Positions 55,317 to 63,997 of a stretch of DNA of 64,000 bases are shown here, piece after piece. The position numbers and the translations under genes are program-made. Origin of the DNA: Dehalococcoidia bacterium. Its GTDB lineage: Bacteria > Chloroflexota > Dehalococcoidia > Lucifugimonadales > UBA2985. The notes under the pieces were generated by a model. It did not search any database. It was not told the DNA's origin and saw only the letters and a program-made list of their open reading frames with translations. Location: assembly GCA_965222415.1 (NCBI GenBank), contig CBDCTU010000004.1, forward strand, positions 256,702-320,701, given 5' to 3'. Every line of letters begins with the position of its first letter. Within the stretch, counting starts at the first letter, position 1.

Positions 55317-55520
55317 TCATTCCTGGTCGGTTTGGCGTGAGCGCCGCATCTGCATCCGTTCCTGTCTGCGCCATGCCCTCTCCTCCAAGTAGAGGCGGAA
55401 TGCCTCGCGAAGAAGCTCGCTCACGGTGCGGCCCTCCTCCTCGACCACCTGCCGCAGTTGCTCGTCCATCTCCGGTGGCAGGGAGAAGGTGATGACCTTC
55501 GACTTTCTGGGTGTGGACAC
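55317..55520 (-). CDS. ribbon-helix-helix (CopG/Arc-like) protein
   Basis: KVITFSLPPEMDEQLRQVVEEEGRTVSELLREAFRLYL has the beta-alpha-alpha pattern. GTG 55520 is preferred; the track ORF starts at 55565. Sits directly upstream of the recombinase. Confidence 0.65.
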   Translation of the reverse strand: MSTPRKSKVITFSLPPEMDEQLRQVVEEEGRTVSELLREAFRLYLEERAWRRQERMQMRRSRQTDQE

Positions 55521-55536
55521 TCTCTCTTTGCCTCTT

Positions 55537-55549
55537 ATTGTAATACAAT
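55537..55549. promoter_or_regulatory. AT-rich palindrome ATTGTA-A-TACAAT (candidate operator overlapping a -10 box)
   Basis: Perfect 6-1-6 palindrome in an otherwise GC-rich element, 17 nt upstream of the RHH GTG. Reads TACAAT on both strands. Confidence 0.4.
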
Positions 55550-55665
55550 GTCTTATCCTTATCATGAACGAAACGGCAGGCCGCTGTCAAGGTCCGGGCC
55601 TCTGTAAGAGGCCCTCAAAATCGGGTAAAATGGGGTGGTAGACACTTCGGCGAGGAGGCTGCCCT

Positions 55666-56022
55666 ATGGGGACTTTCAGGTGGCCGCTGCGCATCTCCAG
55701 CATGGACGGCCAACAGGCCCAGGACATAGAGGCGACGGTGGATACCGGCGCATCGTTCACCACCCTGCCCTCGCGCCTGCTGCGGGAGTTGGGCGTTGAG
55801 GCTACTGGCAAGCGCGGGTTCCTGCTGGCGGACGGGCGGCGCGTCGAGATGGACTACGGCCAGGCGTGGGCTACGATAGACGGCGAGAGCGTAGTCACCA
55901 TCGTGGTCTTTGGAGAGGACGAGGCCCCTCCACTGCTGGGGGCCTACACCCTGGAAGGTCTGGCGTTGGCGGTGGATCCGGAAGCTCAACGGCTGGTTCC
56001 CACCCACATGATCCTGTACTAG
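55666..56022 (+). CDS. retropepsin-like (clan AA) aspartyl protease
   Basis: 118 aa, VDTGAS catalytic motif, small single-lobe size. GAGGAGG upstream. Confidence 0.7.
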   Translation: MGTFRWPLRISSMDGQQAQDIEATVDTGASFTTLPSRLLRELGVEATGKRGFLLADGRRVEMDYGQAWATIDGESVVTIVVFGEDEAPPLLGAYTLEGLALAVDPEAQRLVPTHMILY

Positions 56023-56088
56023 GACGCTGCGGCGCTCGCCGCGTGCCTTCTTCCTGCACATCTCAGTCTCCCGCGTCCTGCGGAGCCA

Positions 56089-56313
56089 TCATTCCTCCTC
56101 CTCGCCGCCGTCCGGTGCCGCCTCGGGCAGGGGCAACGCGGCCCCGTGCTTGCGCATATAGGAGCGGATGGCGACCCTTGCCCAGATGCGCAGCCCGTTG
56201 CGGATCATTCGCCGCTGCTCCGGGGTGTACGACACCTCCGGGCTGTCCGGGGAGGCTTCGGGAGGCTGCTCGTCGGACCTCTTTCGTCTCTTCTTTCCTT
56301 CGGTATCTTTCAT
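56089..56313 (-). CDS. hypothetical small protein (basic N-terminus, acidic tail)
   Basis: 74-aa ORF at the distal end of the minus-strand transfer operon. High GC3 in its second half. Confidence 0.35.
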   Translation of the reverse strand: MKDTEGKKRRKRSDEQPPEASPDSPEVSYTPEQRRMIRNGLRIWARVAIRSYMRKHGAALPLPEAAPDGGEEEE

Positions 56314-56473
56314 GCTCGTAGTCGCAGCGGCGGTTCGTGGGCCGCTGGCCTCTCGTTATAGGTGTGTGGCTGGGCCGCCCGGCGCCGACGGAATGGGCGA
56401 GCGCCGGCGGCCTCCGTGCCGTCTCATGCCCCGCCTTGCCGCCGTTGCGCCTGCGCGCGGCGGGGCGTTCCGG

Positions 56474-56791
56474 TCAGTCCTTGAAGAAGGTCATCTGGAA
56501 GCCCTCGCCGATGAGGATCTCCAGGCCGCCGGGCAACCGGGCTGCGAAGCGGAAGATCGAGTGCATCGCTCCCCCGCACGGCTCGACGCCCTTGCGCCAC
56601 CTGAGCAGCTGCTTGGGGTCCACGCCGAGGGCCTTGGCGAATCCGCGCCAGCTGAGGCCGCTGGCCTCCTTGAGGCGTTCGAGGCGCTGACCGAAGTCCT
56701 CCGGCAGGACGCCGCTCTGCATGGGCTGGGCGCCTTTCTCTCCAGTGGTGTGAAGCCCGTCCAAACGGGACGAAACATTAGTGTTGGTCAT
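56474..56791 (-). CDS. HTH domain protein
   Basis: LKEASGLSWRGFAKALGVDPKQLLRWRKG helix-turn-helix-like segment. The start may be the internal ATG at 56722. Confidence 0.5.
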   Translation of the reverse strand: MTNTNVSSRLDGLHTTGEKGAQPMQSGVLPEDFGQRLERLKEASGLSWRGFAKALGVDPKQLLRWRKGVEPCGGAMHSIFRFAARLPGGLEILIGEGFQMTFFKD

Positions 56792-57059
56792 GTCTATCCT
56801 CCATCGTGAAAAGCTGGTTGAAGTCGTCTACGCCGAGGACCCTTTGCATCCGGCGGCGGATGCGTCCGGAGGGCGAGCGCTCCCCGTTGACCAGCATCGA
56901 CATGTATCCGGGGCTGACCCCGGTCTCCCTGGCGAGCCAATTCTGGGAGCGGTTGAGCAGTGCCAACCGCTTCCAGAGGGCCGCCGTGTCGAGCCGGACA
57001 ACGTTCCGTCCTCTACGCCTCCGGTGGCCTTGCTTTTTGTGAATATTTTCCGAATTCAT
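56778..57059 (-). CDS. XRE-type HTH transcriptional regulator
   Basis: 93 aa from ATG 57059, with an ATGA overlap on the upstream gene's stop. LNRSQNWLARETGVSPGYMSMLVNGERSPS. The rest of the 296-aa track ORF is rejected. Confidence 0.65.
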   Translation of the reverse strand: MNSENIHKKQGHRRRRGRNVVRLDTAALWKRLALLNRSQNWLARETGVSPGYMSMLVNGERSPSGRIRRRMQRVLGVDDFNQLFTMEDRHDQH

Positions 57060-58195
57060 GGCGTTCCGTTTCCAGTCGTTCTTTGAGGCGGCAGGGCCTG
57101 GGGCGATTCCCAGTCGGTGGGGGCGCGCCAGGCGCGTCCCAGCGGCCCCAGGGCGTCTATGGCCACCCGGTGGGAGACCCACAGGGGCACGGTGACGCCG
57201 TCCGCCCGCATCTCCTCCCGCGCCACGCGCAGGAAGTGGGTTGCCGCGATGTCGTCGTCGAATACGACCAGGACTGCGGGCCGGACGCCGTGGTCGTCGG
57301 TGGGTCTGTGCGATGAGAAGTAGCGCAGATAGGGGGCGAGTCGGTCGGACATGGTTGAGGGCCGCACGGCCCTTCGCTCCCACTCCAGGAAGAAGGGCCA
57401 GCGCGTGTCGCCCCTGGTGAGGACGCCGAAGGCGTCGGGGTTGACGGCGCGCATCCCGCCGTCGTGCCTGAAGTGGCGGGAGGCCCTTCTCGGCGGGTCG
57501 AGCTGGGCGACCTCCCACCCCAGGAGGGGGGCCTGCACCGTCAGCGCGGCAAGGAAGCCGTGGACGGCGGAGGTGTGCTCGGCGTTCCTCAGCAGCTGCC
57601 GCGTTCTCCTGCCGGAGAGGTTGCGCCACTCCAGGGGGGTCTCGGCGTCTTCGAGGGCGACGCTCCACCGTCTCTTCGCCACGCCCACGGACGTGCGGTC
57701 CCTACGGGCTAGGAGCGTCAGCGCCCGGTCGGTGAGGACGATGCGTCCGCCCGCGTCTCGGGGGCGGTTCACGAGGCCGAAGCCTTCGAGGGGGTTGACG
57801 AGCTGGGAGGCCCTCTGGGGCGAGACGCCCATCAGCCCGGCCAGCTCCTGGAGAGCGACCCAGGGCCAGTCCGAGACCAGGTCGAGGGCGCGCTTCTCGG
57901 CGGACTTGAGGATGACGGGCAGCATATGGTCGGACATGTCCGCCGCCGCCCCCCTGTCGGGGAGATCGGCGGGGAGGTCGGCCCGCTCCGGTTCCGGCTC
58001 CCGCGGCAGCTCGCCCCCGGGGGCCGCCCGGTCGAGTTCGTAGCGCAGGTCGATGGCGGCGGAGACCTTGACGGGGCTCCATATCCGGTCGCCCGCTCCG
58101 GCCAGGACCGCCTCGCGTTCGAGAGCGAACAGAGCCGGCACGTCGGTGGTCGAGAGGAGCCTGCGGGCGTGCCTGAGCCGCACGTCGTCGGCCAT
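57056..58195 (-). CDS. winged-helix + replication-relaxation-like (Replic_Relax) protein
   Basis: 379 aa. MarR-like LQELAGLMGVSPQRASQLVNPLEGFGLV, HTSAVHGFL, NPDAFGVL and FFLEWERR resemble the replication-relaxation family as I recall it. Confidence 0.55.
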   Translation of the reverse strand: MADDVRLRHARRLLSTTDVPALFALEREAVLAGAGDRIWSPVKVSAAIDLRYELDRAAPGGELPREPEPERADLPADLPDRGAAADMSDHMLPVILKSAEKRALDLVSDWPWVALQELAGLMGVSPQRASQLVNPLEGFGLVNRPRDAGGRIVLTDRALTLLARRDRTSVGVAKRRWSVALEDAETPLEWRNLSGRRTRQLLRNAEHTSAVHGFLAALTVQAPLLGWEVAQLDPPRRASRHFRHDGGMRAVNPDAFGVLTRGDTRWPFFLEWERRAVRPSTMSDRLAPYLRYFSSHRPTDDHGVRPAVLVVFDDDIAATHFLRVAREEMRADGVTVPLWVSHRVAIDALGPLGRAWRAPTDWESPQALPPQRTTGNGTP

Positions 58196-58222
58196 GAGGA
58201 TGAGGAGCGTTCCGGGGAGCGG

Positions 58223-58732
58223 TCAGTCGCGCAGCCGCCAGAGCCGCTTGGAGAAGCCCGACCGGTCGGCGGTGAGTCCTTGCCTGATGATCCCGACGGT
58301 CCTGCCGTCCGGCAGCGTCATGGCGGCGTCCATCGGCATGGCCCGGTACCAGCGGAACCGGATGGGGTAGGCGACGTTGGAGAGGGCGGAGGCGACGCGG
58401 TAGACGGAGGCGAGCGGGTCGAGCCTGTCCATCAGGATGCGCCGCCACTGGGCGGAGACCGGATGGGAGCGCACCAGCTCGTCGAGGGCGACGCCCTCCT
58501 CTCCGGCAAGCCTGCGCAGGCCTGTGGCGGTGAGGTGGAACCTCCGCGCCGGGGGAAGCGGGTCTACGGCGTGGGGCACGGAGGCGCAGAACCCGCCGGA
58601 CTCCAGGCTCGCTATGGCCTCGTAGACGGCGCCCCTCGACCAGCCACAGACGGAGACCATCTCCAGCCGGTCGAGGAAGGGCATTGACGCCAGGGCGCGG
58701 AGCAGGTCGGCCTCACATCCTGCGGGTTTCAT
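58223..58732 (-). CDS. winged-helix protein, shorter paralogue of the downstream Replic_Relax-like gene
   Basis: 169 aa. LEMVSVCGWSRGAVYEAIASLESGGF wHTH, and MDAAMTLPDGRTVGI parallels NPDAFGVLTRGDT. ATGA overlap with the T4CP stop. Confidence 0.5.
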   Translation of the reverse strand: MKPAGCEADLLRALASMPFLDRLEMVSVCGWSRGAVYEAIASLESGGFCASVPHAVDPLPPARRFHLTATGLRRLAGEEGVALDELVRSHPVSAQWRRILMDRLDPLASVYRVASALSNVAYPIRFRWYRAMPMDAAMTLPDGRTVGIIRQGLTADRSGFSKRLWRLRD

Positions 58733-61329
58733 TCCACGGCCTCCTCTGCCTCGTCAGCGGCTTCGCCCGCCCCGTCCCTCCCGGCGCCCGCGGCGTCCGC
58801 TCTCCGCTTGCTGGTCTGCTTCCTCCGCACCGGGTCCGGCTCGGCCGCCCGCTCCTCCTGCCTGGCGGTTTCGATGTCCTCGACGCCCTTGCGGTAGTCG
58901 CCCACCTTCCGGTGGCCGTCGGCGTCGGCGTAGTCCGCCTGCCGGGCCGATACGGTGTACGCGGTTGCCGCCTCGCGGATGCGGGCGGCGGTCTCCGGGT
59001 CTCCCTCCTCGGGCTTGCGCACCATCATCGAGAAGGCGGGCATCCGCTCCTTGCCCACGGTGGCGCGGACGTAGCAGTGGTGGACGGGGAGCGACGTGAT
59101 GTCGTCCTCGGTCACCCGCTCCTTGCCCAGCTCCCAGACCAAGTGGCGGGCGTCGGACCCGGACACCTGGAAGACGGCGAGGCAGCCCACGTTGGCGAGC
59201 AGGGTGTCCCGCATGGTGCGGGAGAGGTCGTCCAGCTTGGCCAGGCTCTGGGTGGCGAGGATGAAGGAGGCCCCGAACTTGCCCAGCTCCGAGAGCATCG
59301 ACTCGTAGTCCACGCCGGGCATCGACTGCATCTCGTCCACCACCACCAGCGCGCCGCGCCGCTTCTCCAACGGCAGGCTTCCCTGCTCCCGGATCACGGC
59401 GTCCACCAAGTTGAGCAATGACGCGCCCACCAGGGCGGCCACGTCCCTGCCCACCGTCCCCTGGGAGGTGGAGACCAGCAGGACGCCGCCGTCCAGGATG
59501 GTGCGGCGCATGTCGATGGTGGAGCGGCGCTGGCCCAGGATGGCCCTTGCCCGCTTGGACGATGCGTAGTAAGAGAGGCGGGTCTGGACGGGGGCGAGGG
59601 CCTCGGCCTTGTACTGGGCGTGCCACCTGCCGAAGTCCCTGGCCCACCACTCCAGGAGGTAGGGGTCGGAGACCTTCTTCAGCACGTCCTTGCGGAAGGG
59701 CTCGTCGGACAGCAGCTTCAGCCCGTCGAGGATGGTGTATTGCTGCTCCGCCTCCACCTGCTCGTTGGCCTCGTGGAGGGTCTTGACGGTCTGTTCGAGG
59801 ATGGACTGCATCCTCGGCCCCCACTGCTCCCAGAGGCCCTTGGCGACGCGCACCACCGAGTCGGCGGTGCGGTCCCGGTCGGCGAAGACGCGGGTGTCCA
59901 GCAGGTTGATGCCGGGGGAGCGGGTCTCGTCGGACAGGTCGATGAGCCGCACCCGGTCGATGAGGGACGCGGGCACGTGTTCGAGGATGCCGGCCGCCAG
60001 GTCGGTGTGGGGGTCGATGACAACGATGGCGTCCGGGTCCCTGCCCTCGGCCTTCTCCCGCAGCTTGTGGGTGACGAGGTGGTGCATGAGCGTGGACTTG
60101 CCCATGCGCGTGCGGGCGACGTAGAGGTGGTGACGCCTAAGCAGGTCCTCGGGGAAGCGGATCTCCCGCTTGGCTCCCGCGGTGGTGTCCCCCACCAGCG
60201 CGCCGCCCCGGACCCCCTTGGCGGACGGGCTGAGCGTCCGTGCGCCGGACCGCTCCACCAGGGGCGTCTCGTCGCCGGCGCCGGGCGGGTGCCACAGGCA
60301 GGCGACCTCGCGGACGCCCAGTACACTGCGCTTTCCGAACAGGCCGGGACCTGCCGGGTGGAGCATGGATGGGTCGGGCGCGGCGGGCCGGACTTTGCCG
60401 ACCTTGAAGCGCGCCCCGGCGGGGTTGTCGTAGTGCCGGTAGGCGGCGGCGACCGGGCCGAGAAGCTCCCCGGCCCGCTGCGGCATCGTGTCCGGGGGCA
60501 GGATCGCCGTCACCTGAAGCTCGGCGTCGAAGGCGATGCGGGAGACCTTCTCGCCTATCAGGATGGGGTCGTCAACGCGGTTGCGGGCCTTCTTCCAGCG
60601 GAGCCATGCCCAGCCGCCGACGGCCAGCCCCAGGGCCGTGCCCACCCCTAGGAGCGCCGCCTTCCAGATCTCGCCGTCCTGCACCCACAGGTAGCCCTTG
60701 AGGGCCGCAAGCGCGCCCAGGCCTAGGACGGCCATCGTGATGCCGTCCATCTGCAGGGGCTTGGTCTGGAAGGTGTAGGCGGGCTCCCTGGGCTCCATGC
60801 CGGGCCGCTTGTGGGCCTTGTCCATGTGGGCCTGGGACCAGTCGGGGCCGAGGGAGCGCAGCATCAAACGGGCCACGACGCGCTCTCCCTCGTAGAGGGC
60901 CGAGAGCGCGCCCATGAGGGCGATGAGGGGGTCGGAGCCGGGGTCGAGCAGGTCGTCGTCGCGGAAGGTACGCAGGGGGACGTACTCGGGGCCGTCGGCC
61001 CGTAGGGTGATTGACCACGCCTGCTCGCCCTCTTCGAGCCTGAGCGGATCGTCGTCGGGGCCAACCTGCTGGATGCGGGCCTGGGGGTAGTGGGCCGAGA
61101 GCTGGCCGCGCACCACCTGGGCGTCGAGGCAGCGGGCCATGAGCGTCACGCCGTCCATGTCCCCGGCCAACTCCAGGGAGAATGGTTCGGGGACGGCGAT
61201 GGACTGGAGCAGGTTCTCGACGCCCAGCAGGGTGCGTTCCCCAGTCCTTGGCGGTGTCACCGCCAGCAGGACCGGACCCTTCTTGCCCTCGTCGTTTCCA
61301 AACAGGATGTTCTTCGGGTTCAGCTTCAA
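58729..61329 (-). CDS. type IV coupling protein (VirD4/TraG/TraD-like ATPase)
   Basis: 866 aa. Two TM helices around residues 195-245, Walker A ARTRMGKST, Walker B ALVVVDEMQ, and FILATQSL. Confidence 0.8.
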   Translation of the reverse strand: MKLNPKNILFGNDEGKKGPVLLAVTPPRTGERTLLGVENLLQSIAVPEPFSLELAGDMDGVTLMARCLDAQVVRGQLSAHYPQARIQQVGPDDDPLRLEEGEQAWSITLRADGPEYVPLRTFRDDDLLDPGSDPLIALMGALSALYEGERVVARLMLRSLGPDWSQAHMDKAHKRPGMEPREPAYTFQTKPLQMDGITMAVLGLGALAALKGYLWVQDGEIWKAALLGVGTALGLAVGGWAWLRWKKARNRVDDPILIGEKVSRIAFDAELQVTAILPPDTMPQRAGELLGPVAAAYRHYDNPAGARFKVGKVRPAAPDPSMLHPAGPGLFGKRSVLGVREVACLWHPPGAGDETPLVERSGARTLSPSAKGVRGGALVGDTTAGAKREIRFPEDLLRRHHLYVARTRMGKSTLMHHLVTHKLREKAEGRDPDAIVVIDPHTDLAAGILEHVPASLIDRVRLIDLSDETRSPGINLLDTRVFADRDRTADSVVRVAKGLWEQWGPRMQSILEQTVKTLHEANEQVEAEQQYTILDGLKLLSDEPFRKDVLKKVSDPYLLEWWARDFGRWHAQYKAEALAPVQTRLSYYASSKRARAILGQRRSTIDMRRTILDGGVLLVSTSQGTVGRDVAALVGASLLNLVDAVIREQGSLPLEKRRGALVVVDEMQSMPGVDYESMLSELGKFGASFILATQSLAKLDDLSRTMRDTLLANVGCLAVFQVSGSDARHLVWELGKERVTEDDITSLPVHHCYVRATVGKERMPAFSMMVRKPEEGDPETAARIREAATAYTVSARQADYADADGHRKVGDYRKGVEDIETARQEERAAEPDPVRRKQTSKRRADAAGAGRDGAGEAADEAEEAVE

Positions 61330-61359
61330 TGCTCTACTCCCTTCTCTAATGGACGCTCT

Positions 61360-63651
61360 CTACGCGTCCGTCGTCGCGCTTCCGACAGGCGGCGGCAAGG
61401 GGCGTTGCCCGTGCTGGCCCGGCCTCCACTCGATGACCGCCGTCTCCTCCGGGGTGGCCTCGATGCGCACGGGGAAGCGGTTGCCCTTCGCCAGCAGCAA
61501 GCCGTCCCCCCGCGGGCATGACAGGAGCCAGCGTTGGAGGTCCTTGGGCAGGTCGAAGGCGTCGCCGACCGTGCTGATGGCGGCCGCGTCTTGCTGGAGC
61601 AGCAGCTTGAAGGCGGCGTTTTGAAGCAGGGCGCGCCCGGAGTGGCCGGTGATGGTCCTTGAAGAATCCTCGGAGAGGAGGTCCTGGACGTCCTGGGTGA
61701 TGAACTGGAGGCCGAGCCGGTGCTTACGGGCCCGCTTCGCCATGCTGACCATGAAGGCCGCGCCTTCGGGATGCTGCATGATGCTCCACACCTCGTCGAC
61801 GACCAGCAGGCGGGGCTTGGGGTCCTGGGCCGCCGCCGCCCACACCGTCTCGGTGCAGACCATCGCGGCGGCGGGCCGAAGCTCCGGCTCCAGGAGGTGC
61901 AGGTCGAAGACGGTGATCAGCGCCTCGTTGGAGAGGAGGTCGTCGCCCTCGTCGGAGAGGAGGTTGCGCAGGCTGCCCGTGGCGAAGGGCCGCAGCAGCC
62001 TTGCGAGACCGGGGTCTCCAGACTCGTCTTCCTGAAGGTACTGGTAGAAGTCGCGGAAGCCGGTGCGCTCGCGGGGCTGGGCGTAGTAGCCCGCCAGGGC
62101 GTGGTCGAGGGCTGCGCGGCGCTCCGCGCCGAGACTCTCGCCCACCATGACTTCAATCAGCCGCCGCAGGCTGCCGATGCGCTGGAGAAGCTCCTCGGAG
62201 TCCCCCCTGTCGATGACGAAGGGGTTCATGCCCTGGCCGGGAACGCCGGGGGAGAGCACCCGCCCGCCCGCGGCGCGGGCCATGTCCGCGTACTCGCCCT
62301 CGGGGTCGATGACGTAGGCGGTCACTCCCCGGCACAGGCCCCTGAGCATCCCCAGCTTGGTGGCGAAGGACTTGCCAGAACCGGAGCGGGCCAGTACCGC
62401 CGTGTTCGCGTTGAGGTGGGTGCCGTCCCAGGGGTCGTAGACCACCGGGGAGCAGGCGCGCATGTCGATGCCGTAGAGGGTCCCGCTCCTGGTGTCCAGG
62501 TCCGGCGGCGAGAAGGGGAAGAGCCGGGCGATGCTGGACGTATCCAGCGTCCGCCACTCGGCCACGGCGTTCAGGGCCAGCGGCAGGGTTGCAAGCAGCC
62601 CCTCGCGCTGGCGGAAGGCCAGGTCGTCCAGCTTGCCCAGGGTCGCGGCGAAGTGGGCCTTCGCCCGCTGGGTCATCTCCTTGAGCGCAGCCTCGTCCTT
62701 GCCGTGCAGGGTGATGGATAGAGAGGCGTGAAAGAGCCGCTCCCGCCCCCGCTGCACCTCGTCCCTGAGCCGGGTCACGTCCTCCAGGGCGATCTCCGCC
62801 TCCGGGGACATGGTGCGCCCGCGCTTGAAGGAGAGGGACTGGGCCGACTCGAACCGCACCTTCTGCCACTCCAGCGTCCTCGCCGCCTGCTCGGTGGGAA
62901 TCGGGCCGACGTGGACGGACAGGTCCATCGGCGCGCCCGGCGCCATCAGCCCTTGGAGGAAGCCGGGAGCAAGGGACCGGGGCCACTTGCCTAGGTGCAG
63001 GGAGCGCACGAGGGTTCCGCCGATGCGCATGTCGCGGCGGCCCATCTCCACCTCGACGGGGGTCTCCTCGTCCATCTCGGCGGGGGAGCCGCCCAGGGCG
63101 GCTGCTACGAGAAACATGCGGAGCTGCCGCCCTCTGAGCCGGTGGACGGACAACCCGGCCCTTGCCAGCAGGCCGCGCAGATCGTCGATGCGCCCGAACT
63201 CGCACACGGCGTAGAAGCGCCGGTCGAGGATGCCGTCGCGGGACTCAAGCTCGGTCAGCAGGCGCCCAAGGGACTCGGCCGCCGCCTTCGTCTGCGGGGG
63301 AAGGTCCTCCGGCTGCGTCCGTTGAAGGTTCTCTCTCAGGCTGTCCAGGCGCGGCGGGTGCTGTCTGATGAGCAACTGCGCCGGGAAGTCCAGGGCGTTG
63401 AGCGCCCCGGCGAAGGCCCCCAGCTTCGGCTCGTCCAGCTCCAGGCCCATGACCTCGCAGACGCCGAGCTTCACCCCGTCGAGGCGCACCGGCCCGTCGT
63501 CGTCCAGGTGCGACAGCATGAAGAACAGGGGCAGCTCGGGCGGCGGCTTGAGCGCCGGAGCCGCAGATTCGGCGGTCTGAGGGTTGGCCAGGAGTCCCTC
63601 TTGCGGGGTCTCCGTTCCGCTCTTCGTGAGTCGTTTTAGCAGCTTCTTCAA
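61360..63651 (-). CDS. VirB4-family conjugative transfer ATPase
   Basis: 763 aa. Walker A ARSGSGKSF, Walker B LLVVDEVW, and LQFITQDVQDLL. Confidence 0.85.
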   Translation of the reverse strand: MKKLLKRLTKSGTETPQEGLLANPQTAESAAPALKPPPELPLFFMLSHLDDDGPVRLDGVKLGVCEVMGLELDEPKLGAFAGALNALDFPAQLLIRQHPPRLDSLRENLQRTQPEDLPPQTKAAAESLGRLLTELESRDGILDRRFYAVCEFGRIDDLRGLLARAGLSVHRLRGRQLRMFLVAAALGGSPAEMDEETPVEVEMGRRDMRIGGTLVRSLHLGKWPRSLAPGFLQGLMAPGAPMDLSVHVGPIPTEQAARTLEWQKVRFESAQSLSFKRGRTMSPEAEIALEDVTRLRDEVQRGRERLFHASLSITLHGKDEAALKEMTQRAKAHFAATLGKLDDLAFRQREGLLATLPLALNAVAEWRTLDTSSIARLFPFSPPDLDTRSGTLYGIDMRACSPVVYDPWDGTHLNANTAVLARSGSGKSFATKLGMLRGLCRGVTAYVIDPEGEYADMARAAGGRVLSPGVPGQGMNPFVIDRGDSEELLQRIGSLRRLIEVMVGESLGAERRAALDHALAGYYAQPRERTGFRDFYQYLQEDESGDPGLARLLRPFATGSLRNLLSDEGDDLLSNEALITVFDLHLLEPELRPAAAMVCTETVWAAAAQDPKPRLLVVDEVWSIMQHPEGAAFMVSMAKRARKHRLGLQFITQDVQDLLSEDSSRTITGHSGRALLQNAAFKLLLQQDAAAISTVGDAFDLPKDLQRWLLSCPRGDGLLLAKGNRFPVRIEATPEETAVIEWRPGQHGQRPLPPPVGSATTDA

Positions 63652-63670
63652 TTCGATAGATTCCTTTGCT

Positions 63671-63997
63671 CTAGGGTGTTGGGAAGGGGACGAGGCCGCT
63701 GCTCAGCAGCGCGGCGACCCCCTTGGCGGACAGCACCAGGACGAGCCCGACCACCGCCATGACCACGGCGGCCTTTGCCCTGCCCCCGCCGCGCTCCTCG
63801 GCTCCCTCGGCCATCAGGAGGAACCCGGCCCAGACGATGGCGAAGACGCAGATGCCGGAGGCGGCGTAGGCCATCGCCGTGAGCACGCGGTCGAACTGGC
63901 GGAGCATCTCCTGCTCCTCGGCCGGGGCCGCGCCGGTCGATGCCAGCGCAGCCCCGGCCAGCAGGGTGACCGCAATCGCGCGCCTCACCAGGGCCAC
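63671..63997 (-). CDS. TrbC/VirB2-like pilin
   Basis: 108 aa. Signal-peptide-like start followed by two hydrophobic helices separated by a charged loop (AEGAEERGGGRAK). Sits directly upstream of virB4. Confidence 0.6.
   Translation of the reverse strand: MALVRRAIAVTLLAGAALASTGAAPAEEQEMLRQFDRVLTAMAYAASGICVFAIVWAGFLLMAEGAEERGGGRAKAAVVMAVVGLVLVLSAKGVAALLSSGLVPFPTP

Noticed and set aside
56778-57668. 296-aa ORF with an extremely Arg/Pro/Gly-rich N-terminal 200 aa.
   Set aside because: Only the last 93 codons (from ATG 57059, ATGA-coupled to the upstream gene) form an XRE-type HTH. The remainder overlaps the Replic_Relax-like gene out of frame.
58754-63205. Numerous 200-350-aa alternative-frame or antisense ORFs within the T4CP and VirB4 genes (e.g. 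58754-59824, 59620-60651, 61720-62721, 62153-63205).
   Set aside because: Their composition (Arg/Pro/Gly/Ala runs) is what about 70% GC DNA yields in non-coding frames. The Walker-motif-bearing frames explain the region.
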